Shown in pieces: positions 34,300-43,555 of a DNA stretch of 64,000 nt; position 1 is the stretch's first letter; each line of letters opens with the position of its first letter. A program made the translations under genes and the position numbers. Origin of the DNA: Solirubrobacterales bacterium. GTDB taxonomy: Bacteria > Actinomycetota > Thermoleophilia > Solirubrobacterales > 70-9. The notes beneath the pieces were generated by a model that saw only the letters and a program-made list of their open reading frames with translations, had not been told where the DNA came from and made no database searches. The stretch is taken from positions 4,291 through 68,290 of the forward strand of contig DASUWV010000093.1 in NCBI GenBank assembly GCA_036378275.1. Direction: 5' to 3'.

Positions 34300-36146
34300 G
34301 GCACTTCTTCCGTTTCTTCTTCGGGTACCGCCGCCGGCTTGCCGACGACGATCTTCACCGTCGAGCCGGGTTCGAGCTCCTTACCCGGCGGCGGGAACTG
34401 GTCGACCACGCGGCCGACCTGGCTCGGCACTTCGGTTTCTTCTTCCCGCACCGCCGGCGTCAACCCCGCGGCGCGGATCGCTTCCACCGCTTCCCGCCGT
34501 TCCCGGCCGATCACGTTCGGCACCGTCGCCTTTTCTTCTTCCCTGCCGCTGGAGACGACGATGGAGACGGTCGAGCCGGGTTCGACCGCGGTGCCGGCGC
34601 TCGGCGACTGGCTGATCACCTCGCCGACCGGCGCCCCGCTTTCTTCTTCGCCGACGCTCGGGGTCAGGCCGCGGCCGCGGATCTCCTGCACCGCGACCCG
34701 CCGCTGCGTCCCGACCAGGACCGGGACCTTGGCCAGCTTTGGGCCGCGCGAGACGAACAGGGTGACGGTGGAGCCGTGGGTGGCGCTGTCGCCGCCGCGC
34801 GGTTCGGAGAAGACGACGAGGCCTTCTTCGACCGACTTCGAGTTGACGCGTTCGACCGCGACTTCGAAGCCGGCCTTTTCGAGCTTCGCTTCCGCCGCCG
34901 CCTGGCTGAGGCCGTTGACGCGTGGGATTTCGCCGCTGCCCGGGCCGGCGCTCACCGTCAGGTCCACCTTCGGCTTCGAGCAGAAGAGGGTGAGGAAGGA
35001 GCAGTCTTCTTCGGCCGAGCCCGGCAGCGGGTCCTGCTCGAGCACGGTGTTCTTCGGCGCCTGCCGTTCGACGAAGTGTTCTTCGCCGACCTCGAAGCCC
35101 TTGCGTTCAAGCTGGGCGATCGCGAATTCGAGCTGCTTGCCGGTCACGTTGGGGACGTCGGTCTTGGTGTCGCGGGTGAGCAGGAGGCCGATCAAGACGC
35201 CGAGCACGATCGCCGCGATCAGCAGCGCCCAGAGCCGGTTGTTGCGCCTGCGGTCTTCCTCCGGCGGCGCCTCCTCGGCCACCGCCGGCACCGTCGCGAA
35301 GGCCGCGGTCCCGCTCGCCGCCCGCGGCTCCTTCATCGCCTGGTCGAGCGCGGCGATGAAGGCGTCGGCGCTCTGGAAGCGCTGCCCCGGCTCCTTCTCG
35401 AGCGCCCGCATCACCACCGCGTCGAGCGCCGGCCAGATCGCCGGCTTGATCGAGCTCGGCCGCAGCGGCGTCTCGGAGACCTGTTTCATCGCGATCGCCA
35501 CCGCGCTTTCGCCCTCGAAGGGGACGCGGCCGGTCAGCGCCTCGTAGAGGATCACCCCGATCGAGTAGAGGTCGGAGACCGGCGTCACCTCGAAGCCCTG
35601 CGCCTGCTCGGGCGAGAGGTACTGCGGCGTGCCCATCACCGAGCCGGTCTGGGTGATGTCGGAGACGCCGGCCCGGGCGATGCCGAAGTCGGTGACGACA
35701 GCCTTGCCCTCCTCGTCGACGATCACGTTCTGCGGCTTCAGGTCGCGGTGGACGACCCCGTTGCGGTGGGCGAAGCGGGCGCCCTCGAGCACCTGCCGCA
35801 CCAGCGCCACCGCCTGCTCGGGCGTCAGCCCGCGCTCGATCAGCTCTTTCAGCGTCGGCCCCTGCACGTAGCGCATCGCGATGTAGTTGACGCCGTCGTC
35901 CTGGCCGCGGTCGAAGACGGCGACGATGTTGGGGTGCTGCAGCCCGGCCGCGTGCTCGGCCTCGCGCTGGAAGCGCTCGACGAACTGCGGGTCCTGGAGG
36001 AAGCGGCTGTGCAGGACCTTCAGCGCCACCTGCCGCTGCAGGTGCGTGTCCTCGGCGAGCCAGACGTCTGCCATGCCGCCGCTGCCGATCCGGCGCAGCA
36101 CCCGGTAGCGCTTGTCGACGATGCTGCCCTCGGTCACCTCAGCCAC
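34296..36146 (-). CDS. pknB: Ser/Thr protein kinase with four extracellular PASTA repeats
   Basis: GSGGMADVW, HRDLKPQNVIV, DFGIA and SPEQ motifs, a TM helix (LWALLIAAIVLGVLIGLLL), then four repeats of the form VP.V.G....A...L...G. Confidence 0.9.
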   Translation of the reverse strand: MAEVTEGSIVDKRYRVLRRIGSGGMADVWLAEDTHLQRQVALKVLHSRFLQDPQFVERFQREAEHAAGLQHPNIVAVFDRGQDDGVNYIAMRYVQGPTLKELIERGLTPEQAVALVRQVLEGARFAHRNGVVHRDLKPQNVIVDEEGKAVVTDFGIARAGVSDITQTGSVMGTPQYLSPEQAQGFEVTPVSDLYSIGVILYEALTGRVPFEGESAVAIAMKQVSETPLRPSSIKPAIWPALDAVVMRALEKEPGQRFQSADAFIAALDQAMKEPRAASGTAAFATVPAVAEEAPPEEDRRRNNRLWALLIAAIVLGVLIGLLLTRDTKTDVPNVTGKQLEFAIAQLERKGFEVGEEHFVERQAPKNTVLEQDPLPGSAEEDCSFLTLFCSKPKVDLTVSAGPGSGEIPRVNGLSQAAAEAKLEKAGFEVAVERVNSKSVEEGLVVFSEPRGGDSATHGSTVTLFVSRGPKLAKVPVLVGTQRRVAVQEIRGRGLTPSVGEEESGAPVGEVISQSPSAGTAVEPGSTVSIVVSSGREEEKATVPNVIGRERREAVEAIRAAGLTPAVREEETEVPSQVGRVVDQFPPPGKELEPGSTVKIVVGKPAAVPEEETEEVP

Positions 36147-36155
36147 GCTGCCTCC

Positions 36156-37613
36156 TCATTCCCCGCTCAGGATCGTTTCGGCGACGTCGCGGAAGATCGG
36201 CGCCGCGACGTCGTTGCCGAACTGTTCGGTGCACTCGACCGAGGCCGCGATCGCGATCTTCGGTTCGTCCGCCGGGGCGAAGCCCATGAACCAGGCCTGG
36301 TTCTCGTTTTCGCCGCCGCCGCAGGCTTCGTTGCCGGGGGTTTCCGCGGTGCCGGTCTTGCCGGCGACGGGCACGCCGGGGATCGCCGCGTTGGTGCCGG
36401 TCCCTTCGCTGACCACGCCTTCCATCGCCGTCGTCAGCTCTTCCGCGGTCTGGGCGGTGACCGCTTCGCTGTAGGCGGAGGGGTTGAGCCTGTCGACGAC
36501 GCGGCCGTCGGGGTCGATCACCCGGTTCCAGATCTGCGGCTTCATCAGCTTGCCCTGGTTGGCGATCGCGGCGGCGACCTCGGCCATCTGCAGCGGCGTC
36601 GCCAGCAGCCGCTCCTGGCCGATCGCGACCCGGGCCAGGTCGACCGGGTCGTTCTTGTGCAGCAGGTGCAGCCCTTCTTTGACGCCACTCGCCTGGAGCT
36701 CTTCTTCGGGCAGGTCGATCGCCGGGGTGGCGTTGAAGCCGAACTTCTCCATCTGTTCGAACAGCGCGTCCTGGCCCACCTGCTGGCCGAGCTGGCCGAA
36801 CCAGGTGTTGACCGAGTTGGTCAGCGCGGTGTCGAGGGAGATCGGGCCGAAGTTCTCGTTGAAGTCGTTCTGCAGCGGCGTCCCTTCGACTTCCAGTGAG
36901 CCGGGCGCGTCGATCGTCGTTTCCGGCGTGATCGCGCCGCTTTCCAGGCCCGCCGCCGCGGTCACGACCTTGAAGGTCGACCCCGGGGGATAGAGGCCCT
37001 GGGTCGCGCGGTTCAGCAACGGCGTTTCGACTTCGTCGGTGTTCAGCTTTTCGAGGTCGTACGGAATGCGGTTCGGGTCATACGGCGCGTTGGAGACCAT
37101 CACCTTGACCTCGCCGGTGCTCGGTTCGATCGCCACCACCGCGCCGAACCCGGCTTCCTCGAGGTCGCTCAAGGCGACGCGCTGGGCCGCGGTGTCGATG
37201 TTGGTGACGACGTCGTTGCCTTCCTGGGTGCCGCCGGTCAGCTGTTCGAGGACCGTTTCGAATTCCGATTCTTCGCCGACCAGCTCTTCGTTGTGAAACT
37301 GCTCGAATTCGGAATCGCCCTGGCGCACGAAGCTGTACCCGATCGGGTGGCCGAAGAGGGAGCCTTCCGGATAACGCCGCACATATCGCTTTTCCGCCCC
37401 CCTCCCCTTCGCGACCGACTTGGCGATCACGGTGCCGTCGGCGGCGAGGATGCGGCCGCGCCGGATCTGCTGCGCCTCGAGCAGCGGCCGCCGGTTCGCT
37501 TCCTTTTCCTTCAGCGCCTTGGCGTCGAAGACCGACCAGTAGGACGTGAAGCCGACCAGGACGCCGAAGAGGACGACGATGAAGGCGAACAATTTGACGA
37601 TCTGGCGGTTCAC
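36156..37613 (-). CDS. pbpA: Class B penicillin-binding protein (transpeptidase)
   Basis: Active-site STFK (PPGSTFKVVT), SVN (TNSVNTW) and KTGTAE motifs, with an N-terminal TM anchor. Confidence 0.85.
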   Translation of the reverse strand: MNRQIVKLFAFIVVLFGVLVGFTSYWSVFDAKALKEKEANRRPLLEAQQIRRGRILAADGTVIAKSVAKGRGAEKRYVRRYPEGSLFGHPIGYSFVRQGDSEFEQFHNEELVGEESEFETVLEQLTGGTQEGNDVVTNIDTAAQRVALSDLEEAGFGAVVAIEPSTGEVKVMVSNAPYDPNRIPYDLEKLNTDEVETPLLNRATQGLYPPGSTFKVVTAAAGLESGAITPETTIDAPGSLEVEGTPLQNDFNENFGPISLDTALTNSVNTWFGQLGQQVGQDALFEQMEKFGFNATPAIDLPEEELQASGVKEGLHLLHKNDPVDLARVAIGQERLLATPLQMAEVAAAIANQGKLMKPQIWNRVIDPDGRVVDRLNPSAYSEAVTAQTAEELTTAMEGVVSEGTGTNAAIPGVPVAGKTGTAETPGNEACGGGENENQAWFMGFAPADEPKIAIAASVECTEQFGNDVAAPIFRDVAETILSGE

Positions 37614-38950
37614 GCCGCCGAGCCCATCGTCGCCATCCGTCCCACCGGCTGGGCCGCCTCACGGCGGGCCCGGTCGGAGACCAGCAGCAGCAGCGCCAGG
37701 AGGACGAAGTTGGCGACGATCGAACTGCCGCCGTAGCTGATGAAGGGCAGGGTGACGCCGGTCAGCGGGATCACCCGGGTGACCCCGCCGATGATCACGA
37801 AGGCCTGGATCGCGAAGACCGCGGTGAGGCCGGTGGCCAGCAGCTTCGAGAAGCCGTCGCTCGCCAGCAGGGCGATCTTGAAGCCGCGGGCGGTGATCAG
37901 CAGGTAGACGAGGATCACCCCGACCGCGCCGAAGAGGCCGAGCTCGTTGACGATCAGCGCGTAGATCGTGTCCGTTTCCGCCGCCGGCAGCAGCTGCGCG
38001 GGCGGGTGGCTGCCGGGGATGATCAGCAGCGACTGGCCGAAGCCTTTGCCGAAGAGGCCGCCGTCGGCCTGGGCGAAGATCGACTGCAGGATCTGGTACC
38101 CGTTCCCCTGCGCTTCGGCGTAGGGGTGGAGCCAGACCTCGACCCGGTCGTGGACGTGGGGCACGGTGGTGGCGAAGAACCAGGCGCCGAGGAAGAACAT
38201 CGCCATCCCGATCACGACGAAGGAGAAGCGCCCGGTCGCCACGTAGAGCAGGGCGAGGAAGGCGGCGAAGAACATCAGCGAGCTGCCGAGGTCGCGGATG
38301 AAGACGAGCATGAACATCGAGGCGCCCCAGACGACCAGCAGCGGCCCGAAGTGCTTCAGCGGCGGCAGCGTCACCCCGAGCACGCGGCGGGCGCCTACGA
38401 TCAGCACCTCGCGGTGCTCGCGCAAATAGCTGGCGAGGAAGACGACGATCGCGAGCTTGGTGAACTCGGCCGGCTGGAAGGCGAGCGGGCCGACCTTGAC
38501 GCCGAGATAGGCGCCGTTGACCTGCTGGCCGATCCCGGGCAGCCGCGGCGCCAGCAGCAGCAGCAAGCCGCCGATCGCGATCGTGTAGCGGTAGCGCTCC
38601 AGCACCTCGTAGTCGCGCAGGAAGTAGATCGTCGCGGCGAAGAGGACCAGCCCGAGGACGAACCAGTTGGCCTGGTCGCGGGCGAGCGTTTCGTCGATCC
38701 GGTAGATCATCACGAAGCCGAACGCGGTCAGCGTCGCCATCAGCGGGAACAGGTAGGGGTCGGCGTTGGGGAGCCGGAAGCGCAGGTAGACGTGGGTCGC
38801 CAGGCAGATCGCCAGGAAGTAGGCGCCGTAGATCAGGCTGAGGTTGCCGAGCTGCGCGTTCTCCTGGGCGAAGACGCCGGCGAAGCCGGCGGTGAGGAGG
38901 ATCGCGACGGGAACCAGGGCGAGCAGCTCCCGGTTCCGGGCCGCGGTCAC
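37610..38950 (-). CDS. rodA: FtsW/RodA/SpoVE family peptidoglycan glycosyltransferase
   Basis: Polytopic SEDS protein (QPAEFTKLAIVVFLA, TDTIYALIVNELG, PLTGVTLPFISYGGSS). Confidence 0.85.
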   Translation of the reverse strand: MTAARNRELLALVPVAILLTAGFAGVFAQENAQLGNLSLIYGAYFLAICLATHVYLRFRLPNADPYLFPLMATLTAFGFVMIYRIDETLARDQANWFVLGLVLFAATIYFLRDYEVLERYRYTIAIGGLLLLLAPRLPGIGQQVNGAYLGVKVGPLAFQPAEFTKLAIVVFLASYLREHREVLIVGARRVLGVTLPPLKHFGPLLVVWGASMFMLVFIRDLGSSLMFFAAFLALLYVATGRFSFVVIGMAMFFLGAWFFATTVPHVHDRVEVWLHPYAEAQGNGYQILQSIFAQADGGLFGKGFGQSLLIIPGSHPPAQLLPAAETDTIYALIVNELGLFGAVGVILVYLLITARGFKIALLASDGFSKLLATGLTAVFAIQAFVIIGGVTRVIPLTGVTLPFISYGGSSIVANFVLLALLLLVSDRARREAAQPVGRMATMGSAA

Positions 38951-40155
38951 CTCAGCCCCTTGGTCTTTTCGATTTCTTCCAGCAGCGTGACTGCGTCGGA
39001 GCGCGAGCGCAGGTCGTGGCCGGTGACCGCGTCCTTGCGACGGCCGGGCAGCGATTCGGTCTGCACCGGGCTGGAGTAGCGCTCGCTGTAGAGCTTGATC
39101 CCGAAGGGCAGTTCGTAGGGGGCACCGCGGTAGAGGGCGACGCGGCCGGCGCCGTCGGTGCCGAGGAACCAGATCTGGCGGTTGCCGTACCAGGCGCCGA
39201 AGGCGACGGCGGCGATCACCAGCACCGCCGCGAGCACCTTCAGCGCCGTGCGCAGGCGGCGGTGCTTCGGCTTCGCCTCGAGCTCCTCGCGCCGCTTGCG
39301 GGCGGCCTCGGCGGCGGCGCGTTTGCGCACCTCGGTCGCCGCGAGCCCGGCCGCCTCGGCCTCGCCGCCGATCAGGGTCGCGCCCTCGGCGGCGGGAGCC
39401 GGGGCGCCGTCGCCGCCGGCCGCCTCCGTCGCCGCGGCGTCCGCGAGGCGGAAGGCGACGACGGTGATGTTGTCGCGGCCGCCGGCCCGGTTGGCTTCGT
39501 CGACCAGCGCCCGCACCGCGCTCTGCAGCGAGGTGGCGCGGCCGAGGACGTGGGCGATCTTCGCGTCGTCGAGCATCGTCGTCAGCCCGTCGGAGCAGAT
39601 CAGGAAGACGTCGCCCGGCTGCGCCGGGACCGTCTGCAGGTCGACCTGGACCTCGGGTTCGGGGCCGAGGGCGCGGGTGATGATCGAGCGCTGCGGGTGG
39701 TCCTCGGCCTGGGCGTCGGTGAGCTGGCCTTTGCGCCGCATCTCCTCGACCAGCGAGTGGTCGCGGGTCAGCTGCTCGAGCCTGCCGCCCCGCAGGCGGT
39801 AGGCGCGGCTGTCGCCGACGTGGCCGATCGCCACCTCTTCGGCCTCGAGGTCGACGATCGCGGCAGTGGTCGTCGTCCCCATCCCGGCCAGGCCCGGGTC
39901 CTTGCGGGCGAGTTCGTGGATCGTCCTGTTGGCGCCCTCGATCGTCTCCTCCAGCGCCCGCTCCGGCGGCGCCTGCGGCAGGCCGTGGGCGAACGACTCG
40001 ACCGCCGTCTTCGAGGCGACCTCGCCGGCCTGGGCGCCCCCCATCCCGTCGGCGACGACGAACAGCGGCGCCGCGGTGAAGTGCGAATCCTCGTTGGCGT
40101 TGCGCTGCCGCCCGGTGTCGGTGCGAACGGCTTCCTCGGCGATCCGCAGGCTCAT
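38947..40155 (-). CDS. pstP: PP2C-family Ser/Thr phosphatase with a C-terminal TM anchor
   Basis: TDTGRQRNANEDS, VADGMGG, LICSDGL and GGRDNITVV motifs. Confidence 0.85.
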   Translation of the reverse strand: MSLRIAEEAVRTDTGRQRNANEDSHFTAAPLFVVADGMGGAQAGEVASKTAVESFAHGLPQAPPERALEETIEGANRTIHELARKDPGLAGMGTTTTAAIVDLEAEEVAIGHVGDSRAYRLRGGRLEQLTRDHSLVEEMRRKGQLTDAQAEDHPQRSIITRALGPEPEVQVDLQTVPAQPGDVFLICSDGLTTMLDDAKIAHVLGRATSLQSAVRALVDEANRAGGRDNITVVAFRLADAAATEAAGGDGAPAPAAEGATLIGGEAEAAGLAATEVRKRAAAEAARKRREELEAKPKHRRLRTALKVLAAVLVIAAVAFGAWYGNRQIWFLGTDGAGRVALYRGAPYELPFGIKLYSERYSSPVQTESLPGRRKDAVTGHDLRSRSDAVTLLEEIEKTKGLR

Positions 40156-40159
40156 GTCT

Positions 40160-40630
40160 TCACCCGACCTCCAAGCGGAAGACCGTGTCGCCGATCTGCA
40201 CGCTGTCGCCGTCGATCAGCTCCGCCTCGCCCTGCAGGGTGGCGCCGTTCAGGAGGGTGCCGTTGGTCGAGTTCATGTCCTCCACGTAGAACCTCCCCTC
40301 GCGCGAGAAGACGCGGGCATGGAGGCTGGACGCGTAGCGGTCGTCTATCTGCACGTCCGCCTCCTTCGAGCGCCCGACCGAGAGGCCGCCGATCAGGTCG
40401 AAGCGCCGGCCGTGTTCGAGGCCGCCGCCGCGCTCGAGGACGAGCCAGCCGTCGGGGCCGCGCGGCGCCCCGGCGAAGGCGGGAGCGGCGTGGAAGCCGG
40501 TGGCGTCGGGGGCCGGCGCGGTCGTCCGGCGCAGGTCCTTGAGGGCGCTGCGCGCGATCACCAGCACGAAGAGATAGAGCACGGCCAAGAAGCCGAACTT
40601 CAGCGCCACCGATACGGGGTCATAGCTCAC
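40160..40630 (-). CDS. fhaB: FHA domain protein (FhaB/FipA-like) with an N-terminal TM helix
   Basis: N-terminal TM helix, then the FHA core GRSKEADVQIDDRYASSLHARV...DMNSTNGTLLNG. Confidence 0.8.
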   Translation of the reverse strand: MSYDPVSVALKFGFLAVLYLFVLVIARSALKDLRRTTAPAPDATGFHAAPAFAGAPRGPDGWLVLERGGGLEHGRRFDLIGGLSVGRSKEADVQIDDRYASSLHARVFSREGRFYVEDMNSTNGTLLNGATLQGEAELIDGDSVQIGDTVFRLEVG

Positions 40631-40663
40631 GCGCCCAGCACCTTAATGAGGGCGGCAGCCGCC

Positions 40664-41440
40664 CTACTGCTCGATGTCGAAAGTGAAGGTGGTGGTGCCG
40701 AGGGTGACCTGGTCGCCGGGGCTGAGCCGGGTCGAGGGGACGCGGCGGCCGTTGACCTTGACCCCGTTGGTCGAGCCGAGGTCGGCGATCTGCCAGTCGC
40801 CGTTCTCGTCGCGGCGCAGCTCGGCGTGGCGGCGGCTGACGTTGGGGTCGGAGAGCACGCACTCGGCCGACTTCGAGCGCCCGATCGTCGCCCGCGGCCC
40901 GTCGAGGACGTAGCGGCGGTCGGCCAGCGAGACCACGGCGCGGGTGGAGACCAGCGCCCCCACCGCCTCCTGCGGCCGTTTCGGGCGGCTGCGGTCGCGC
41001 TCGCGCACCGCCGAGTAGACCATCGTGTGGCCCTCTTCGCCCTGTTCGGGGGCCTGCCCCTCGTGGGCGGGCGGCTTCACCAGCCGCGCCTGGATCCCGA
41101 ACTCGCCCAGCCGCAGCCGGTTGTCGGTCTCGAACTCGACCTGCGGCCGGGTCAGCAGGTCGTATTCGCGCCGCCGCGCGTGCTCGAGCAGGTAGCCGGA
41201 GAGCTCCTGCTCCAGCGAGCGCTCGTAGCCTTCGAGCTTGCCGCGGTCCTGGCGCGAGAGGAAGACCGTGTACTCGTTGGGGACGTAGACGCGCTGGACC
41301 GAGGCGGTCTTGTGCGCGTCCATTTCCTTCGCCAGCTTGCGGGCGAGTTCGACCGGCTGCACCTCCGAGGAGAAGGCACGGCTGAACACCCCCTCGACGA
41401 GGCCTTCGATCCGCGACTCGAGACTGCGTAGAACGCCGAT
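40664..41440 (-). CDS. fhaA: FhaA-like protein (DUF3662 N-domain plus C-terminal FHA); the start is proposed at a non-canonical ATC codon
   Basis: FHA core IGRSKSAECVLSDPNVSRRHAEL...DLGSTNGVKVNG. The in-frame upstream 17 codons (IGVLRSLESRIEGLVEG) match the usual DUF3662 N-terminus. The nearest canonical start is GTG 41389. Confidence 0.7.
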   Translation of the reverse strand: MGVLRSLESRIEGLVEGVFSRAFSSEVQPVELARKLAKEMDAHKTASVQRVYVPNEYTVFLSRQDRGKLEGYERSLEQELSGYLLEHARRREYDLLTRPQVEFETDNRLRLGEFGIQARLVKPPAHEGQAPEQGEEGHTMVYSAVRERDRSRPKRPQEAVGALVSTRAVVSLADRRYVLDGPRATIGRSKSAECVLSDPNVSRRHAELRRDENGDWQIADLGSTNGVKVNGRRVPSTRLSPGDQVTLGTTTFTFDIEQ

Positions 41441-41473
41441 GGCGGAATCCTAGGGATCGAGCCTTGACGGCAC

Positions 41474-42388
41474 TTAAGGAAGGGCCGCCCCGTGCAGGGC
41501 GAGGAAGCCGCCGAGGGTGGCGGCGGCGGCCAGGGCGCTGAGGCGGGTGAGGATGTGGCCGCGGCCGGCGGGCAGGTGGTCGGCGAGTTCGTCGAGCGAG
41601 TCCTCGATCGCGGTCCCCAGCTCCTCCAGCGAGGGACGGTGGTTGGGCCGCGGCGAGAGGCAGGCGTCGACGGTCTCGGTCAGCTCGCGCGGCAGGTCGG
41701 GGCGGAGCCGGCGCAGGCGGCGGGCGCGGGCGCCGATCGCGCGGGCGGTGGCGGCGGGGGTCGCGCGCCGGTGCGGGTTCTCGCCGCTCCAGCACTCGTA
41801 CAGGGTGAGGGCGAGCGAGTAGACGTCGGCCTCGGGCCCTGCGGGCCTCCCCTCGGCCTGCTCGGGCGACATGTAGGCGAGGGTGCCGACGACGTCGCCG
41901 GCCGCGGTCAGGGGGGAGTCGCCGGCGAGGTGGGCGACGCCGAAGTCCATCAGCTTGGCGCGGGGCTCGCCGTCCTCGATCACCTGCACGTTCTGGGGCT
42001 TGATGTCGCGGTGGACGACGCCGCGCGAGTGGGCGTGGTCGAGCGCCTCGCAGAGGTCGGCGCCGATCTCCCCTATCTCGCGGTCGGAGAGCTCGCCGCG
42101 CTGGGAGAGGGTGGCGAGGGTCGAGCCCTCGACCAGCTCGGTGACGAGCAGCGCGTTCCCTTCCTCCTCCCCCATCTCATAGAGGGTGACGATGCCGGGA
42201 TGGTTGAGCCGGGCCGCGGCCTGGGCCTCGCGGAGGACCCGCCGGCCCGCCTCGCCGCTCTGCTCGATCGCCTTCACCGCGACCGGGCGCTCGAGCCGGC
42301 CGTCCCAGGCCTCGTAGACGACGCCGAAGCCGCCGCTGCCGAGGCGGCGCTCGATCAGGAAGCGGTTGAGCACGAGCGAGCCGACCAT
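41474..42388 (-). CDS. Ser/Thr protein kinase (kinase domain plus a C-terminal hydrophobic tail)
   Basis: GSGGFGVVY, VAVKAI, HRDIKPQNVQV, DFGVA and SPEQ. The start was trimmed to ATG 42388. Confidence 0.8.
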   Translation of the reverse strand: MVGSLVLNRFLIERRLGSGGFGVVYEAWDGRLERPVAVKAIEQSGEAGRRVLREAQAAARLNHPGIVTLYEMGEEEGNALLVTELVEGSTLATLSQRGELSDREIGEIGADLCEALDHAHSRGVVHRDIKPQNVQVIEDGEPRAKLMDFGVAHLAGDSPLTAAGDVVGTLAYMSPEQAEGRPAGPEADVYSLALTLYECWSGENPHRRATPAATARAIGARARRLRRLRPDLPRELTETVDACLSPRPNHRPSLEELGTAIEDSLDELADHLPAGRGHILTRLSALAAAATLGGFLALHGAALP

Positions 42389-42504
42389 CGCGGCATCAAC
42401 CTTCGCCGGGAGGGGGCGCTCTCCTCCGTCTTGGATGGGAAAACCCCACCATTTGCGGGGCCTCCTGACTTGCATTCCACCGCAGGGTTCATACTCTCGG
42501 CCCC

Positions 42505-43539
42505 GTGGAGGACTTCGCCTCACGACGCCCGCCCCGGCGCGAGCGCCCGAAACGTCGCCCCGAACGCCAGCAGATCATGCTGCGGCGCGGCCTTGCCCTC
42601 GGCGGCGCCCTGATCCTGCTGATCCTGATCGTGCTCGGCGTCAAGGGCTGCCTCGACGCCCGCGCCCATTCGGAACTGAGCGACTACTCGCGCAAGGTGG
42701 GCGAGATCGTCGAAGGGACCGAACAGACCAGCAAGCGCTTCTTCGGCAAGCTCGAAAGCCCGGGCAACGCCTCGGTCACCGACTTCGTCAACGAAGTCAA
42801 CGCCGACCGCAGCGCGATGGACGCCTACCGCACCCGGGTGGAGGCGCTGGGGGCGCCCGGCGACATGAGCAGCCCGCAGAAGAACCTCGAACTCGTCTAC
42901 GAGCTGCGCGCCGGCGCGATGGACGAAATCGCCGAAAAGATGCCGACCGCGCTCGGCGACGCCGGGGCCGAGAAGGCGATGGGGGCGATCGCCAAGCAGA
43001 TGCAGAAGCTGCTCGCCTCCGACGTCGTCTACGAACAGGTGGTGCGGCCGGAAGTCGACGGGGTGCTGGCGAGCAACGGCATCTCCGGCAGCGACCTGCC
43101 GAAGAGCGCCTTCCTCCCCGACGAAAAGTGGCTGGAAGAAAGCACCGTCAGCGACGCGCTGGGGGCGATCAGCGGCAACAGCGGCTCGGCCACGCCCGGC
43201 GTCCACGGGCTCGAACTGACCGGCGTCAGCGTCAACGGCACCGAACTGGTCGAAGGCGCGGCGGCCTCGGTCTCCGGCGAAGAAGGGGTCGAAGTCGAAG
43301 CGACGGTGGAAAACCAGGGCGAATCGACCGAGAACGGGGTCACCATCGCGGTGACGGTGAACGGCAACACCCTGACCGGCGAAATCGCCGAAGTCGGCGC
43401 CGGGGAAACGGCGACGGCGACGATCCCGCTGACCCCGACGCCGAAAGGCGAAGTGACGCTCGAAGTCGAAGCGGAACCGGTGGCGGGCGAGACGATCACC
43501 GAAAACAACGTCGCCACCTTCACGCTGCTGGTCGAATAG
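42505..43539 (+). CDS. Membrane-anchored protein with a C-terminal CARDB-like beta domain
   Basis: TM helix LALGGALILLILIVLGV. The C-terminal segment VEATVENQGESTENGVTIAVTVNG...GETATATIPL...ENN is typical of CARDB. Confidence 0.5.
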   Translation: MEDFASRRPPRRERPKRRPERQQIMLRRGLALGGALILLILIVLGVKGCLDARAHSELSDYSRKVGEIVEGTEQTSKRFFGKLESPGNASVTDFVNEVNADRSAMDAYRTRVEALGAPGDMSSPQKNLELVYELRAGAMDEIAEKMPTALGDAGAEKAMGAIAKQMQKLLASDVVYEQVVRPEVDGVLASNGISGSDLPKSAFLPDEKWLEESTVSDALGAISGNSGSATPGVHGLELTGVSVNGTELVEGAAASVSGEEGVEVEATVENQGESTENGVTIAVTVNGNTLTGEIAEVGAGETATATIPLTPTPKGEVTLEVEAEPVAGETITENNVATFTLLVE

Positions 43540-43555
43540 ATGGTTTGATCCGTCA

